From NCBI GenBank assembly GCA_017525235.1, contig JAFXTC010000018.1:1947-65946 (forward strand): a stretch of 64,000 nucleotides of DNA, written 5' to 3'. This document shows positions 9,277 through 17,260 of the stretch, piece after piece; position 1 is the first letter of the stretch; the number at the start of each line of letters is the position of its first letter. Both the position numbers and the translations under genes were made by a program. The DNA comes from Bacteroidaceae bacterium. Lineage in GTDB: Bacteria > Bacteroidota > Bacteroidia > Bacteroidales > Bacteroidaceae. The notes below the pieces were generated by a model that saw only the letters and a program-made list of their open reading frames with translations, ran no database searches and had not been told where the DNA came from.

Positions 9277-9351
9277 ACTTTTTTCCTTAACTGGTCGCAA
9301 AGTTAAAAAAAAATCTCTATATTTGCTGCACAAAAACAAAATAATGTAGCA

Positions 9352-10500
9352 ATGAACAGACCCCGATATGATATTTTGGATGGCCTTAGAGGTGTGGCAG
9401 CCCTAATGGTGCTTTTGTACCATGTGTTCAACGATGCCAAAAGTTTCTTTGTATGGCCTACTCCTGTTAACGAGTTCTATCACAGTTTCTTGGGGGTGGA
9501 TTTCTTTTTCATCCTCTCAGGCTTTGTCATGGGGTATGCTTATGATGAGAGACTAAACAGACCCGCCCCCGTCCCCTCCCGTGATGGAGGGGAGGCTTTG
9601 ACCTTTTGGGGATTTGTGAAAAGGCGTCTTATTCGTCTGCATCCTATGGTGGTGATGGGTGTGATTTTGGGAGCCATTGCCTTTGTTGTTCAGGGATGCA
9701 CCAGATGGGACGGCACCGAGGTAACCTTGCAGGCTGTGATGTGGGCTACGTTGCTGGGCCTCTTCTTGATTCCTTCGCCTCTTGGGATGGATGTACGGGG
9801 AAATACCGAGGCTTTCCCGTTGAACGGTCCGCATTGGTCGTTGTTCTTCGAGTACATAGGAAGCTTGCTTTATGGCTTGCTTCTGCACCGCCTTCCCACC
9901 AAATGGCTTCGCGTTTGGGCAGCTTGCGGCATCATCTCTTTGGCAGCCTACGCCTTGATGATGGAAGATGGGGGAGTGGCCTATGGTTGGTCTTCGGAGC
10001 CTATGAACCTTTTTGGTGGAGCCCTACGTATGCTTTATGCCTATCCCATGGGTTTGCTTATGGCTCGTATGTTCCGTAAGCGTAATCCCGAACCTCTGCA
10101 TGGACACGTGTTCTTGTTCTGTAGTGCGTCTTTAGTAGTGCTGTTAGGTCTTCCCATTGTTGGTGGAAAAGAAACAGAAACCATTTACCAATTAGCATGT
10201 CTTTTCTCTTTCTTCCCTGGTCTCATCTGGATTGGTGCACGTGGTTCGGTTGATGGCTGGCGTCAGCGGGCAGTCTCTTTTCTAGGCCGACTCTCTTATC
10301 CGCTATATGCTGTCCATTTCCCCCTTATATATCTTTATATCTCATGGGTGGGGCGCGATGGTGCTCCTTATAAGGGATACGACCAGCCTTGGACTGCAGC
10401 CATCATCACCATTGCAGCCTCACTGCTTATTGCTACCCTCTGTATGCTCTTCTATGATGAGCCGTTACGTAAATGGTTAAGTCGAACAAATAAGAAATAA
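9352..10500 (+). CDS. Acyltransferase family 3 (OafA-like) membrane protein
   Basis: N-terminal YDILDGLRGVAALMVLLYH motif; about 10 TM helices. Confidence 0.8.
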   Translation: MNRPRYDILDGLRGVAALMVLLYHVFNDAKSFFVWPTPVNEFYHSFLGVDFFFILSGFVMGYAYDERLNRPAPVPSRDGGEALTFWGFVKRRLIRLHPMVVMGVILGAIAFVVQGCTRWDGTEVTLQAVMWATLLGLFLIPSPLGMDVRGNTEAFPLNGPHWSLFFEYIGSLLYGLLLHRLPTKWLRVWAACGIISLAAYALMMEDGGVAYGWSSEPMNLFGGALRMLYAYPMGLLMARMFRKRNPEPLHGHVFLFCSASLVVLLGLPIVGGKETETIYQLACLFSFFPGLIWIGARGSVDGWRQRAVSFLGRLSYPLYAVHFPLIYLYISWVGRDGAPYKGYDQPWTAAIITIAASLLIATLCMLFYDEPLRKWLSRTNKK

Positions 10501-10504
10501 TAAT

Positions 10505-11947
10505 ATGAAACTACCAATTATTACAATGCTGTTCCTGCCCCTCATGGCTACAGCACAGAATTCTGAAAGTGATTCGCTGTTGTTACAGCAAGCCTTGAGA
10601 GGAGAGAAGACGGTGAACCTGCCCCTGTTTCAGACCAAGTTTACTGCCGATCCGTCTCCTCTTGTGGTTGGTGACACGCTATTCCTCTTTACCTCTCACG
10701 ATGCCTCTCCCGAGGATATTCCCGATGAAAACGAGCGCAGTTCTGCAGGCTTTTTTATGTATGACTGGCTACTATGGAGCACCACTGATATGGTCAATTG
10801 GACCGAGCACGGAGCTGTTGCCTCGCTGAAGGATTTCACTTGGCGAAGTCGTGAAAACGGTGCCTGGGCTATACAGACGGTGGAACGTAACGGTAAGTAC
10901 TACCTCTATGCACCGTTGCATGGACATGGCATAGGAGTGTTGGTAGCTGATTCTCCATACGGTCCCTTTCGTGATCCGTTAGGACAACCTTTGGTTTGGC
11001 AACGCGAACACTGGGAAGACATCGACCCCACGGTGTATACCGACACCGACGGTCAGGCTTATATGTACTGGGGCAATCCACACACTTACTATGCCCGTCT
11101 GAATGATGATATGATTTCTCTGCATGACAGTATCGTACGTCTTAATTACCACATAGAACACTATCAGGAAGGTCCTTGGTTCTATAAACGAAACAACAAA
11201 TACTACCTGGCTTTTGCCAGCACCTGCTGTCCCGAAGGTTTAGGCTATGCCATGAGTGACTCACCAACAGGCCCTTGGACTTCAATGGGTCACATTATGC
11301 GTCCTACACAGCGCGACCGCGGTAACCATCCTGGCATTTGCGATTTCAAGGGACGCACTTATGTGTTCGGACAGAACTACGACCTTATGCACATTCAGTC
11401 TTTTGTACATCACGAGCGTCGCAGCGTCTCGGCTGCTGAGTTGAAGTATCGCCCCGATGGTACTATAGAGGAAGTGCCTTATTGGTTGGATTTGAAGCCT
11501 TTAGAGCAACTGCACTGGCTGAATCCATATCACCGTGTAGAAGCTGAAACGATGGCATGGGGCTACGGGCTGAAGAGTGCAAAGATGGGTATCGAAAATA
11601 CTGGTGTGGTGGCTGATATGCCAAAGTCAACAGGTCGTCGTAACATGTATGTCTATGATGTTGATGAAGGTGAATATATCCGTTTGCGTGGTGTGGATTT
11701 TAGTGAAGGTGCCAAAGAGTTCCAACTGGTGGCCTCTGCCCTAGGTAAGTGTACGGTTACACTACGCTTGGACCGTTCAGACGGTCCTGTCATTGCCACC
11801 CTTGGTTTGAAGGGTACAGGCTCTTTGGAGCAATATAAGTCCTTCACAACTAAAGTACGCCGTGCTACAGGCATTCACGACCTTTATCTCTGTTTCAGTC
11901 ACATTACTGCTCCCGTACGTTTGGACTGGTGGCAGTTCAAGAAGTGA
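10505..11947 (+). CDS. Glycoside hydrolase family 43 with C-terminal CBM6-like module
   Basis: Signal peptide; FTADPSPLVVGDTLFLFTSHD and the later GH43 blades; C-terminal ~130 aa with a RLRGVDFSEGA...LDWWQF pattern typical of CBM6. Confidence 0.85.
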   Translation: MKLPIITMLFLPLMATAQNSESDSLLLQQALRGEKTVNLPLFQTKFTADPSPLVVGDTLFLFTSHDASPEDIPDENERSSAGFFMYDWLLWSTTDMVNWTEHGAVASLKDFTWRSRENGAWAIQTVERNGKYYLYAPLHGHGIGVLVADSPYGPFRDPLGQPLVWQREHWEDIDPTVYTDTDGQAYMYWGNPHTYYARLNDDMISLHDSIVRLNYHIEHYQEGPWFYKRNNKYYLAFASTCCPEGLGYAMSDSPTGPWTSMGHIMRPTQRDRGNHPGICDFKGRTYVFGQNYDLMHIQSFVHHERRSVSAAELKYRPDGTIEEVPYWLDLKPLEQLHWLNPYHRVEAETMAWGYGLKSAKMGIENTGVVADMPKSTGRRNMYVYDVDEGEYIRLRGVDFSEGAKEFQLVASALGKCTVTLRLDRSDGPVIATLGLKGTGSLEQYKSFTTKVRRATGIHDLYLCFSHITAPVRLDWWQFKK

Positions 11948-12066
11948 CACCTTGGTTAAAGCCGAGTTCTTACTCGGAAAAACTCAAATATATTTGCTTT
12001 TTCCCTCACTTATTTGTAACTTTGTCACCCAAGAAACAAATTTTGTAACATTATTATAATATAATT

Positions 12067-12939
12067 ATGAAGAAAACTCTGTTATTTGCAGCAACTTTGG
12101 CCTTGATGGCTTCTTGCTGCCAGAAGAATTGCAAGTGCGACTGCAATTGCGATGCTTGCAAGAATTGTGAGAACAAGACTGAGGCTGCTGCCGGCGAAGA
12201 GGCCGTAGCTGAGATTGTTGAGAACGAGCAGTACGACCTTGCCCAGTTGAAGCAGGACGAGGAGGGTTACTACATTCTGTTCGACGGCTCAAGTTTGGAC
12301 GGCTGGCGCGGTTATGGTCAGGATGCCGTTCCCACAAGTTGGGAGAACGATGGCGAGAGCATTCACTTGAAGGGTTCTGGTACCGGTGAGGCTCAGGCTG
12401 AAGGTGGTGGCGACCTGATGTTCGCTCACAAGTTCACTAACTTTACCCTTGAGTTGGAGTACAAGATTAGCAAGGGCGGTAACTCTGGTATCTTCTATCT
12501 GGCTCAGGAGGCTAAGGATGCCAACGGCGAGATGCTACCTATCTGGCAGAGCTGCTCAGAGTATCAGGTGTTGGATAATGCTAACCACGTAGATGCTCAG
12601 TTGGGTGTTGACGGTAACCATCAGGCTGCTTCGTTGTACGATATGGTTCCTGCCAATCCTCAGAACGCTAAGCCCTTCGGCGAGTGGAACAAGGCTAAGA
12701 TTGTTGTCTTCAAGGGTACTGTTATCCATTATCAGAACGATGAGAAGGTACTTGAGTATCATCTCTGGACTCCGAAGTGGAAGGAAATGCTCGACAACAG
12801 CAAGTTCTGCAAAGGCGGTGAGTTCCCCTATGCTTATGGCCTGATGATTGAGGAAGGTAAGGAAGGTGGTTACTTCGCTCTTCAGGATCATGGCGATGAC
12901 GTATGGTATCGCAATGTCCGCATTAAGGTGATGGATTAA
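12067..12939 (+). CDS. DUF1080 (3-keto-disaccharide hydrolase-like) lipoprotein with Cys-rich linker
   Basis: Lipobox LMASC; then CQKNCKCDCNCDACKNCENK; DUF1080 core with GWRGYG...GDLMF...NSGIFY...YQVLDN...QDHGDDVWYRNVRIK. Confidence 0.8.
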   Translation: MKKTLLFAATLALMASCCQKNCKCDCNCDACKNCENKTEAAAGEEAVAEIVENEQYDLAQLKQDEEGYYILFDGSSLDGWRGYGQDAVPTSWENDGESIHLKGSGTGEAQAEGGGDLMFAHKFTNFTLELEYKISKGGNSGIFYLAQEAKDANGEMLPIWQSCSEYQVLDNANHVDAQLGVDGNHQAASLYDMVPANPQNAKPFGEWNKAKIVVFKGTVIHYQNDEKVLEYHLWTPKWKEMLDNSKFCKGGEFPYAYGLMIEEGKEGGYFALQDHGDDVWYRNVRIKVMD

Positions 12940-12956
12940 GAGACTTTAAGTCTAAC

Positions 12957-12988
12957 AATAAAGCCTGCTCAATCGAGCAGGCTTTATT
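12957..12988. terminator. Bidirectional terminator between convergent genes
   Basis: 14-bp perfect stem AATAAAGCCTGCTC / GAGCAGGCTTTATT with a 4-nt loop. The A/T-rich stem ends give U-runs on both strands. Confidence 0.7.
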
Positions 12989-12989
12989 G

Positions 12990-13763
12990 TTACTGTATGT
13001 TCTTGCGAATCTTCATCAGATATTTGTTGAGCGCCTCTTCGTCGCGATCATCAATAATTTGGATGAGTTCTTTTAGCTCAGCACGGATGCCTTCAACGTG
13101 CGACTTTGTCTTGGGGTTGAAAAGGATTTCGCGCAGTAGGGTGTCGTCTTCCGAAAGCACACCTCGTGCAATCTTCAAATGACGCTTAAAGGTGGTGCCT
13201 GGCGAATCCTGGTGCTTCATAACGGCGCTGAACACAAAGGTGCTTACGAAGGGAACCGACAGAGAGTAGGCCATTGCCTCGTCATGCTCATCAAAGCTGT
13301 ACTCGTGAACGTTCAGACCCAGACGGCGATAGAGGTCGAGAAAGAAAATACGTCCCATATAGTCACCCTCGTTGATGACGATAGCATTCTCACTCGACAG
13401 CGCTCCCAAATTGGCAAAAGTAGGACCGAACATGGGGTGGGTGCTGACGTAGCGGAAGCTGGTACTGTCGTAGTACTCTTTGAAGCCCGTCTTCACGCTG
13501 CTGATGTCGCTGATGATGCAGTCTTTTGGCAGATAGGGGAGCACCTGCTTGAAAACCTCAATTGTGTACTTCAGCGTTACGGCATTGATGACCAGTTCAG
13601 GCTTAAAGTCCTCTATCTCTTGCATAGTGGTAAAGCGCTGCGTATTGTATAGGAAACGCATCCGCTTGGCATCTATCTCATATACGGCGCATTCATGATC
13701 AAAACTCAGTACGTCCGTAAAAAACGACCCCATCTTGCCGGCGCCAAGAATCAATATTCTCAT
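12990..13763 (-). CDS. tyrA: Prephenate dehydrogenase
   Basis: N-terminal Rossmann motif ILILGAGKMG; operon context with pheA and DAHP synthase/chorismate mutase. Confidence 0.8.
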   Translation of the reverse strand: MRILILGAGKMGSFFTDVLSFDHECAVYEIDAKRMRFLYNTQRFTTMQEIEDFKPELVINAVTLKYTIEVFKQVLPYLPKDCIISDISSVKTGFKEYYDSTSFRYVSTHPMFGPTFANLGALSSENAIVINEGDYMGRIFFLDLYRRLGLNVHEYSFDEHDEAMAYSLSVPFVSTFVFSAVMKHQDSPGTTFKRHLKIARGVLSEDDTLLREILFNPKTKSHVEGIRAELKELIQIIDDRDEEALNKYLMKIRKNIQ

Positions 13764-13764
13764 T

Positions 13765-14832
13765 TTACTGCCTGTTTATAATCTCCATTTGTTGACGAAC
13801 ACTCTCCTCGTGAATGTGCTCAAAGATGTTCTTGATACACTGTGTATCAATGCCGAGCAGGGAGCCCTGAGCACCGCGTTTATCTAGAATCTCGCTGTAA
13901 CGACGGGTCTGAACAATGGTCATACCGTTTTCCTTCTTGTATTCACCGATGTTACGGCATATCTTCATACGCTTGGCAAGCAGGTCTATCAAGTCATTGT
14001 CAATTTCGTCAATCTCCTTACGCAAATCCTTCAGTGTATCAGTGTGCTCGGTGGTGTCACGGAAGATAAGTCGTGATACAATGAAGTCCAGCACTTCGGG
14101 CGTTACCTGCTGAGAGGCATCGCTCCATGCCTTGTCGGGGTCGCAATGACTCTCTATTAAGAGACCGTCGAAGCCTAAATCCATAGCTTGTTGGCAGAGT
14201 GGGGCTATCAGGTCGCGCCTACCGCTGATGTGACTTGGGTCGCACACGACAGGCAGCTCCGGCAAACGACGTTTCAGCTCGATGGGAATCTGCCACATCG
14301 GTTCGTTGCGGTACAGTTTCTTTTCATAGCTGCTGAAGCCGCGATGTACGGCTCCCAATTTTTGGATGCCTGCGCCGTTGATACGCTGCAAGGCTCCAAT
14401 CCAGAGTTCCAGGTCAGGATTGACGGGGTTCTTCACCAATACGGTCGCGTCAGTGCCTTTGAGTGCATCAGCCAATGCCTGCACGGCAAAGGGGTTGGCT
14501 GTGGTACGAGCACCTACCCATAGAATATCAATGCCATACTTCAATGCCAGTTCCACGTGCTCGGGTGTAGCCACCTCGGTAGCCACAAGCATACCCGTTT
14601 CTTTCTTGACATTTGCCATCCAAGGGAGAGCAGGTTCACCATGTCCCTCAAAGCCGCCGGGCTTTGTGCGAGGCTTCCATACTCCTGCACGGAATAGGTG
14701 GCATCCTTTGCCCGCCAGTTGTTTAGCGGTGGTCATCACTTGTTCTTCTGTCTCTGCACTGCAAGGACCGGCGATGATGAAAGCACGCTCTTGGTCACTT
14801 GGCAAGTTTAATGGTTGTAATTGCAGTTCCAT
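13765..14832 (-). CDS. Bifunctional 3-deoxy-7-phosphoheptulonate synthase (type I-beta) / chorismate mutase
   Basis: KDO8P/DAHP-synthase-like N-terminal TIM barrel (IIAGPCS...LFRAGVWKPRT...CDPSH). C-terminal chorismate mutase type II helix (LRKEIDEIDNDLIDLLAKRMKI...). Confidence 0.85.
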   Translation of the reverse strand: MELQLQPLNLPSDQERAFIIAGPCSAETEEQVMTTAKQLAGKGCHLFRAGVWKPRTKPGGFEGHGEPALPWMANVKKETGMLVATEVATPEHVELALKYGIDILWVGARTTANPFAVQALADALKGTDATVLVKNPVNPDLELWIGALQRINGAGIQKLGAVHRGFSSYEKKLYRNEPMWQIPIELKRRLPELPVVCDPSHISGRRDLIAPLCQQAMDLGFDGLLIESHCDPDKAWSDASQQVTPEVLDFIVSRLIFRDTTEHTDTLKDLRKEIDEIDNDLIDLLAKRMKICRNIGEYKKENGMTIVQTRRYSEILDKRGAQGSLLGIDTQCIKNIFEHIHEESVRQQMEIINRQ

Positions 14833-14853
14833 ATTTTATAATTTTTCATTCTT

Positions 14854-16035
14854 TCATTCTTTCATTTTTTCAATTCTCTCAAGCGCTTCCTGCAGCTTTT
14901 CTTCTTTTGCACACAGGCTAATGCGGATGTAGCGTTTGCCATTTGAACCGAAGATAAAGCCTGGGGTGATGAAGACGCGTGCCTCATGCAAGATGCGCTC
15001 TGTGAGTTCCTCCACATCGGTGTAGCTCTCGGGGATGCGTCCCCATAGGAACATACCCACCTGTTTTGGATCATAGGTACAGCCCAGCGTCTTCATGATC
15101 TCTTCCGCTACAGCACGTCTACGGCCGTAAACCTCGCGATTGTACTCGGCGTGCCATTCTTCTGTATTATGCAACGCTTCGGCTGCTGCTAACTGCAGGG
15201 GGCGGAACATACCGCTGTCCACGTTGCTCTTCACTTTCAGAATCCATTAGATAAACTCTGCATTGGTTGAAATCCATCCCACGCGCCATCCAGGCATGTT
15301 TTGGCTCTTACTCATGGAGTTGAATTCTATACAGCACTCTTTAGCGCCTGCTATCTGTAGAATACTGTGGGGATGCTCATTGAGGATGAGGCTGTAAGGA
15401 TTGTCATTCACTACAACAATGTTATGACGACGGGCAAAGCTGACCAGTTTTTCGAACAGTTCCATCGAAGCATCTGCGCCTGTGGGCATGTTCGGGTAGT
15501 TGGTCCACATCAACTTCACGCCGCTCAGATCCATCTGCTCCAGCTGGTCGAAGTCGGGCTGCCAATTGTTGTCCTCCTTCAGGTCGTAGTTCACGATTTC
15601 AGCTCCCAGAAGTTTGCTTAGCGATGTATATGTGGGATAGCCAGGATTGGGAACCAACACCTTGTCGCCAGGGTTTACAAAAGCCAGCGTCACGTGCAGA
15701 ATACCTTCCTTGCTTCCTATCAAAGGCTGAATTTCTGTATTGGGATTCAGCTCTACGCCATACCAGCGTTGGTAGAAATCGGCCATAGCCTTACGCATTT
15801 CGGGTATTCCCACGTATGGCTGATAGCCGTGTGCCGTAGGGTTCGCAGCTTCTTTGCAGAGGGTTTCTATGGTTTGTTGTGAGGGTGGCATATCTGGACT
15901 TCCGATGCCCAGTGAGATAACGTCCAATCCTTGTGCATTCATCTGTGCCACCTCTTTCAGCTTGCGACTGAAGTAGTATTCCTGTACGCTTGCCAATCTG
16001 TTGGCTGGCTGTATGTTAAATTGTTTCTCTTCCAT
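14854..16035 (-). pseudogene. Class I/II (PLP) aminotransferase interrupted by one in-frame TAA
   Basis: The two listed ORFs (15247..16035 and 14854..15234) are in the same frame. They are separated only by TAA at 15247-15249: ...GWISTNAEFI*WILKVKSNVDSGMF. PLP motif NSMSKSQNMPGWRVG is upstream of the stop. Confidence 0.75.
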
Positions 16036-16858
16036 TTTTGTATTCTCCTAACAGTTTAAGTTCCCTTGTAAGTGGCGTTATGGCATTAATGGCCTGTTTG
16101 TATCGTTTGTAATCGTTAAAAGAAAGGTCGATGTAGAACATATACTGCCACTCCTTTCCGATGATGGGGAGTGATTGTATCTTTGTGAGGTTAAGTTTGT
16201 AAAACGAGAGCACGCTTAGGATGGCCGAAAGGCTTCCTTCCTCGTGGGGTAGGGTAAACACAAGACTGGATTTGTTCAGTTCTTCAAATTTACGCATCGC
16301 ATGTGCCTTTTCAGGATTGCAGACCACCAGGAAGCGTGTAAAGTTATGTTTGTTTGTCTCAATGCCTTCTTGCAGCACCTTCATGCCGTATATCTGAGCA
16401 GCATCCTTGTGGCAGATGGCAGCATGGCCGTGCAGTTGTTTCTTGCTGATGTCGGCAGCAGCTCCAGCCGTGTCGGCTACTTCCACAATCTTTAGGTCGT
16501 TGTGCCCCGACAGGAAATCTCTGCATTGCATCAAGGCTACAGGGTGCGAGTTAACCTCCGTGATATCTTTCCACTCATCGTCGGGCAGACACATAATACT
16601 GTGTTTGATGCGCAACTTATGTTCGCCTACGATGGTCATGCCGCTGTCGCGCAACAGTTCGTAGTTGTGCAGCAGGCTTCCTGCAATGGTGTTCTCTATG
16701 GCTACCAGAGCAACGGAATCCTTGTCTTCTTTCAGGTGTCGGAAGACCTGCTCGAAAGTGTCGCAGCAAACCAGCTCCAGTTCCTCGCCTTCGAAGTACC
16801 TGTGCGAGGCTATATCGTGGAAGCTTCCTTTAATACCTTGTATTGCTACTCTTTTCAT
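16016..16858 (-). CDS. pheA: Prephenate dehydratase
   Basis: PDT domain (IAIQGIKGSFH...) plus C-terminal ACT domain; first gene of the aromatic operon. Confidence 0.85.
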   Translation of the reverse strand: MKRVAIQGIKGSFHDIASHRYFEGEELELVCCDTFEQVFRHLKEDKDSVALVAIENTIAGSLLHNYELLRDSGMTIVGEHKLRIKHSIMCLPDDEWKDITEVNSHPVALMQCRDFLSGHNDLKIVEVADTAGAAADISKKQLHGHAAICHKDAAQIYGMKVLQEGIETNKHNFTRFLVVCNPEKAHAMRKFEELNKSSLVFTLPHEEGSLSAILSVLSFYKLNLTKIQSLPIIGKEWQYMFYIDLSFNDYKRYKQAINAITPLTRELKLLGEYKNGRETI

Positions 16859-16868
16859 CTTTTTCCTT

Positions 16869-16900
16869 AAAAAAAATCCCGCTCATTCTGGAGCGGGACC
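16869..16900 (-). terminator. Attenuator terminator immediately upstream of pheA
   Basis: The minus-strand RNA reads GG-UCCCGCUC-CAGAAU-GAGCGGGA-UUUUUUUU and ends 10 nt before the pheA ATG. Confidence 0.65.
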
Positions 16901-16965
16901 TTATTGTTTTCTTTTACCTTTGTATTTGTTCTTTAATCTTTGTTTGACACATATAACGACCCGCT

Positions 16966-17040
16966 CTACTTCAGTTTTCCAAAGTAAAAGTAATAATAAA
17001 AGCCGTTAAAAATGTTACTATTTTGTGCCATACAATGCAT
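16966..17040 (-). CDS. Phe/Tyr-rich leader peptide MHCMAQNSNIFNGFYYYFYFGKLK (alternative start at 17031 gives 21 aa)
   Basis: Hand translation of the minus strand. Seven consecutive F/Y codons (FYYYFYF) end 4 codons before the UAG. It lies between a TAnnTTTG box and the terminator hairpin. Confidence 0.55.
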   Translation of the reverse strand: MHCMAQNSNIFNGFYYYFYFGKLK

Positions 17041-17061
17041 CTTTACTTTTAATTTGCAATG

Positions 17062-17069
17062 CAAAGGTA
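17062..17069 (-). promoter_or_regulatory. -7 box TACCTTTG for the leader/pheA operon (TTTG at 17090-17093 as -33 candidate)
   Basis: TAnnTTTG match about 22 nt upstream of the leader ATG. Confidence 0.45.
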
Positions 17070-17152
17070 CGATATTTGTTTCAATCTGCCAAAGAAATCT
17101 ATAAGTTTTTTTGCCAAGTTTGATTATCCGTAACGCAAATGTTAAAAATGCC

Positions 17153-17240
17153 ACGTGTCGCATTGGCAAAGACGACGTGTCGCATTGGCAAAGACGACGT
17201 GTCGCGTTGGGCATTTCGACGTGTCGCATCTGCCTTTGTC
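17153..17240. repeat. Four tandem 22-bp units with conserved core ACGTGTCGC
   Basis: Units 1-2 are identical (ACGTGTCGCATTGGCAAAGACG). Units 3-4 are degenerate but keep ACGTGTCGC(A/G)T. Confidence 0.9.
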
Positions 17241-17260
17241 ACGCGTCGTCTTTAACGTTG

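Noticed and set aside
12065-12337. 90-aa minus-strand Arg/Ser/Pro-rich ORF
   Set aside because: It lies antisense to the 5' end of the DUF1080 gene, and its low-complexity composition mirrors the Cys/Glu/Ala-rich sense sequence.
16966-17229. 87-aa minus-strand ORF upstream of pheA
   Set aside because: Only its last 21-24 codons (the F/Y-rich leader, downstream of the TACCTTTG box) are plausible. The rest is translated 22-bp tandem repeat.
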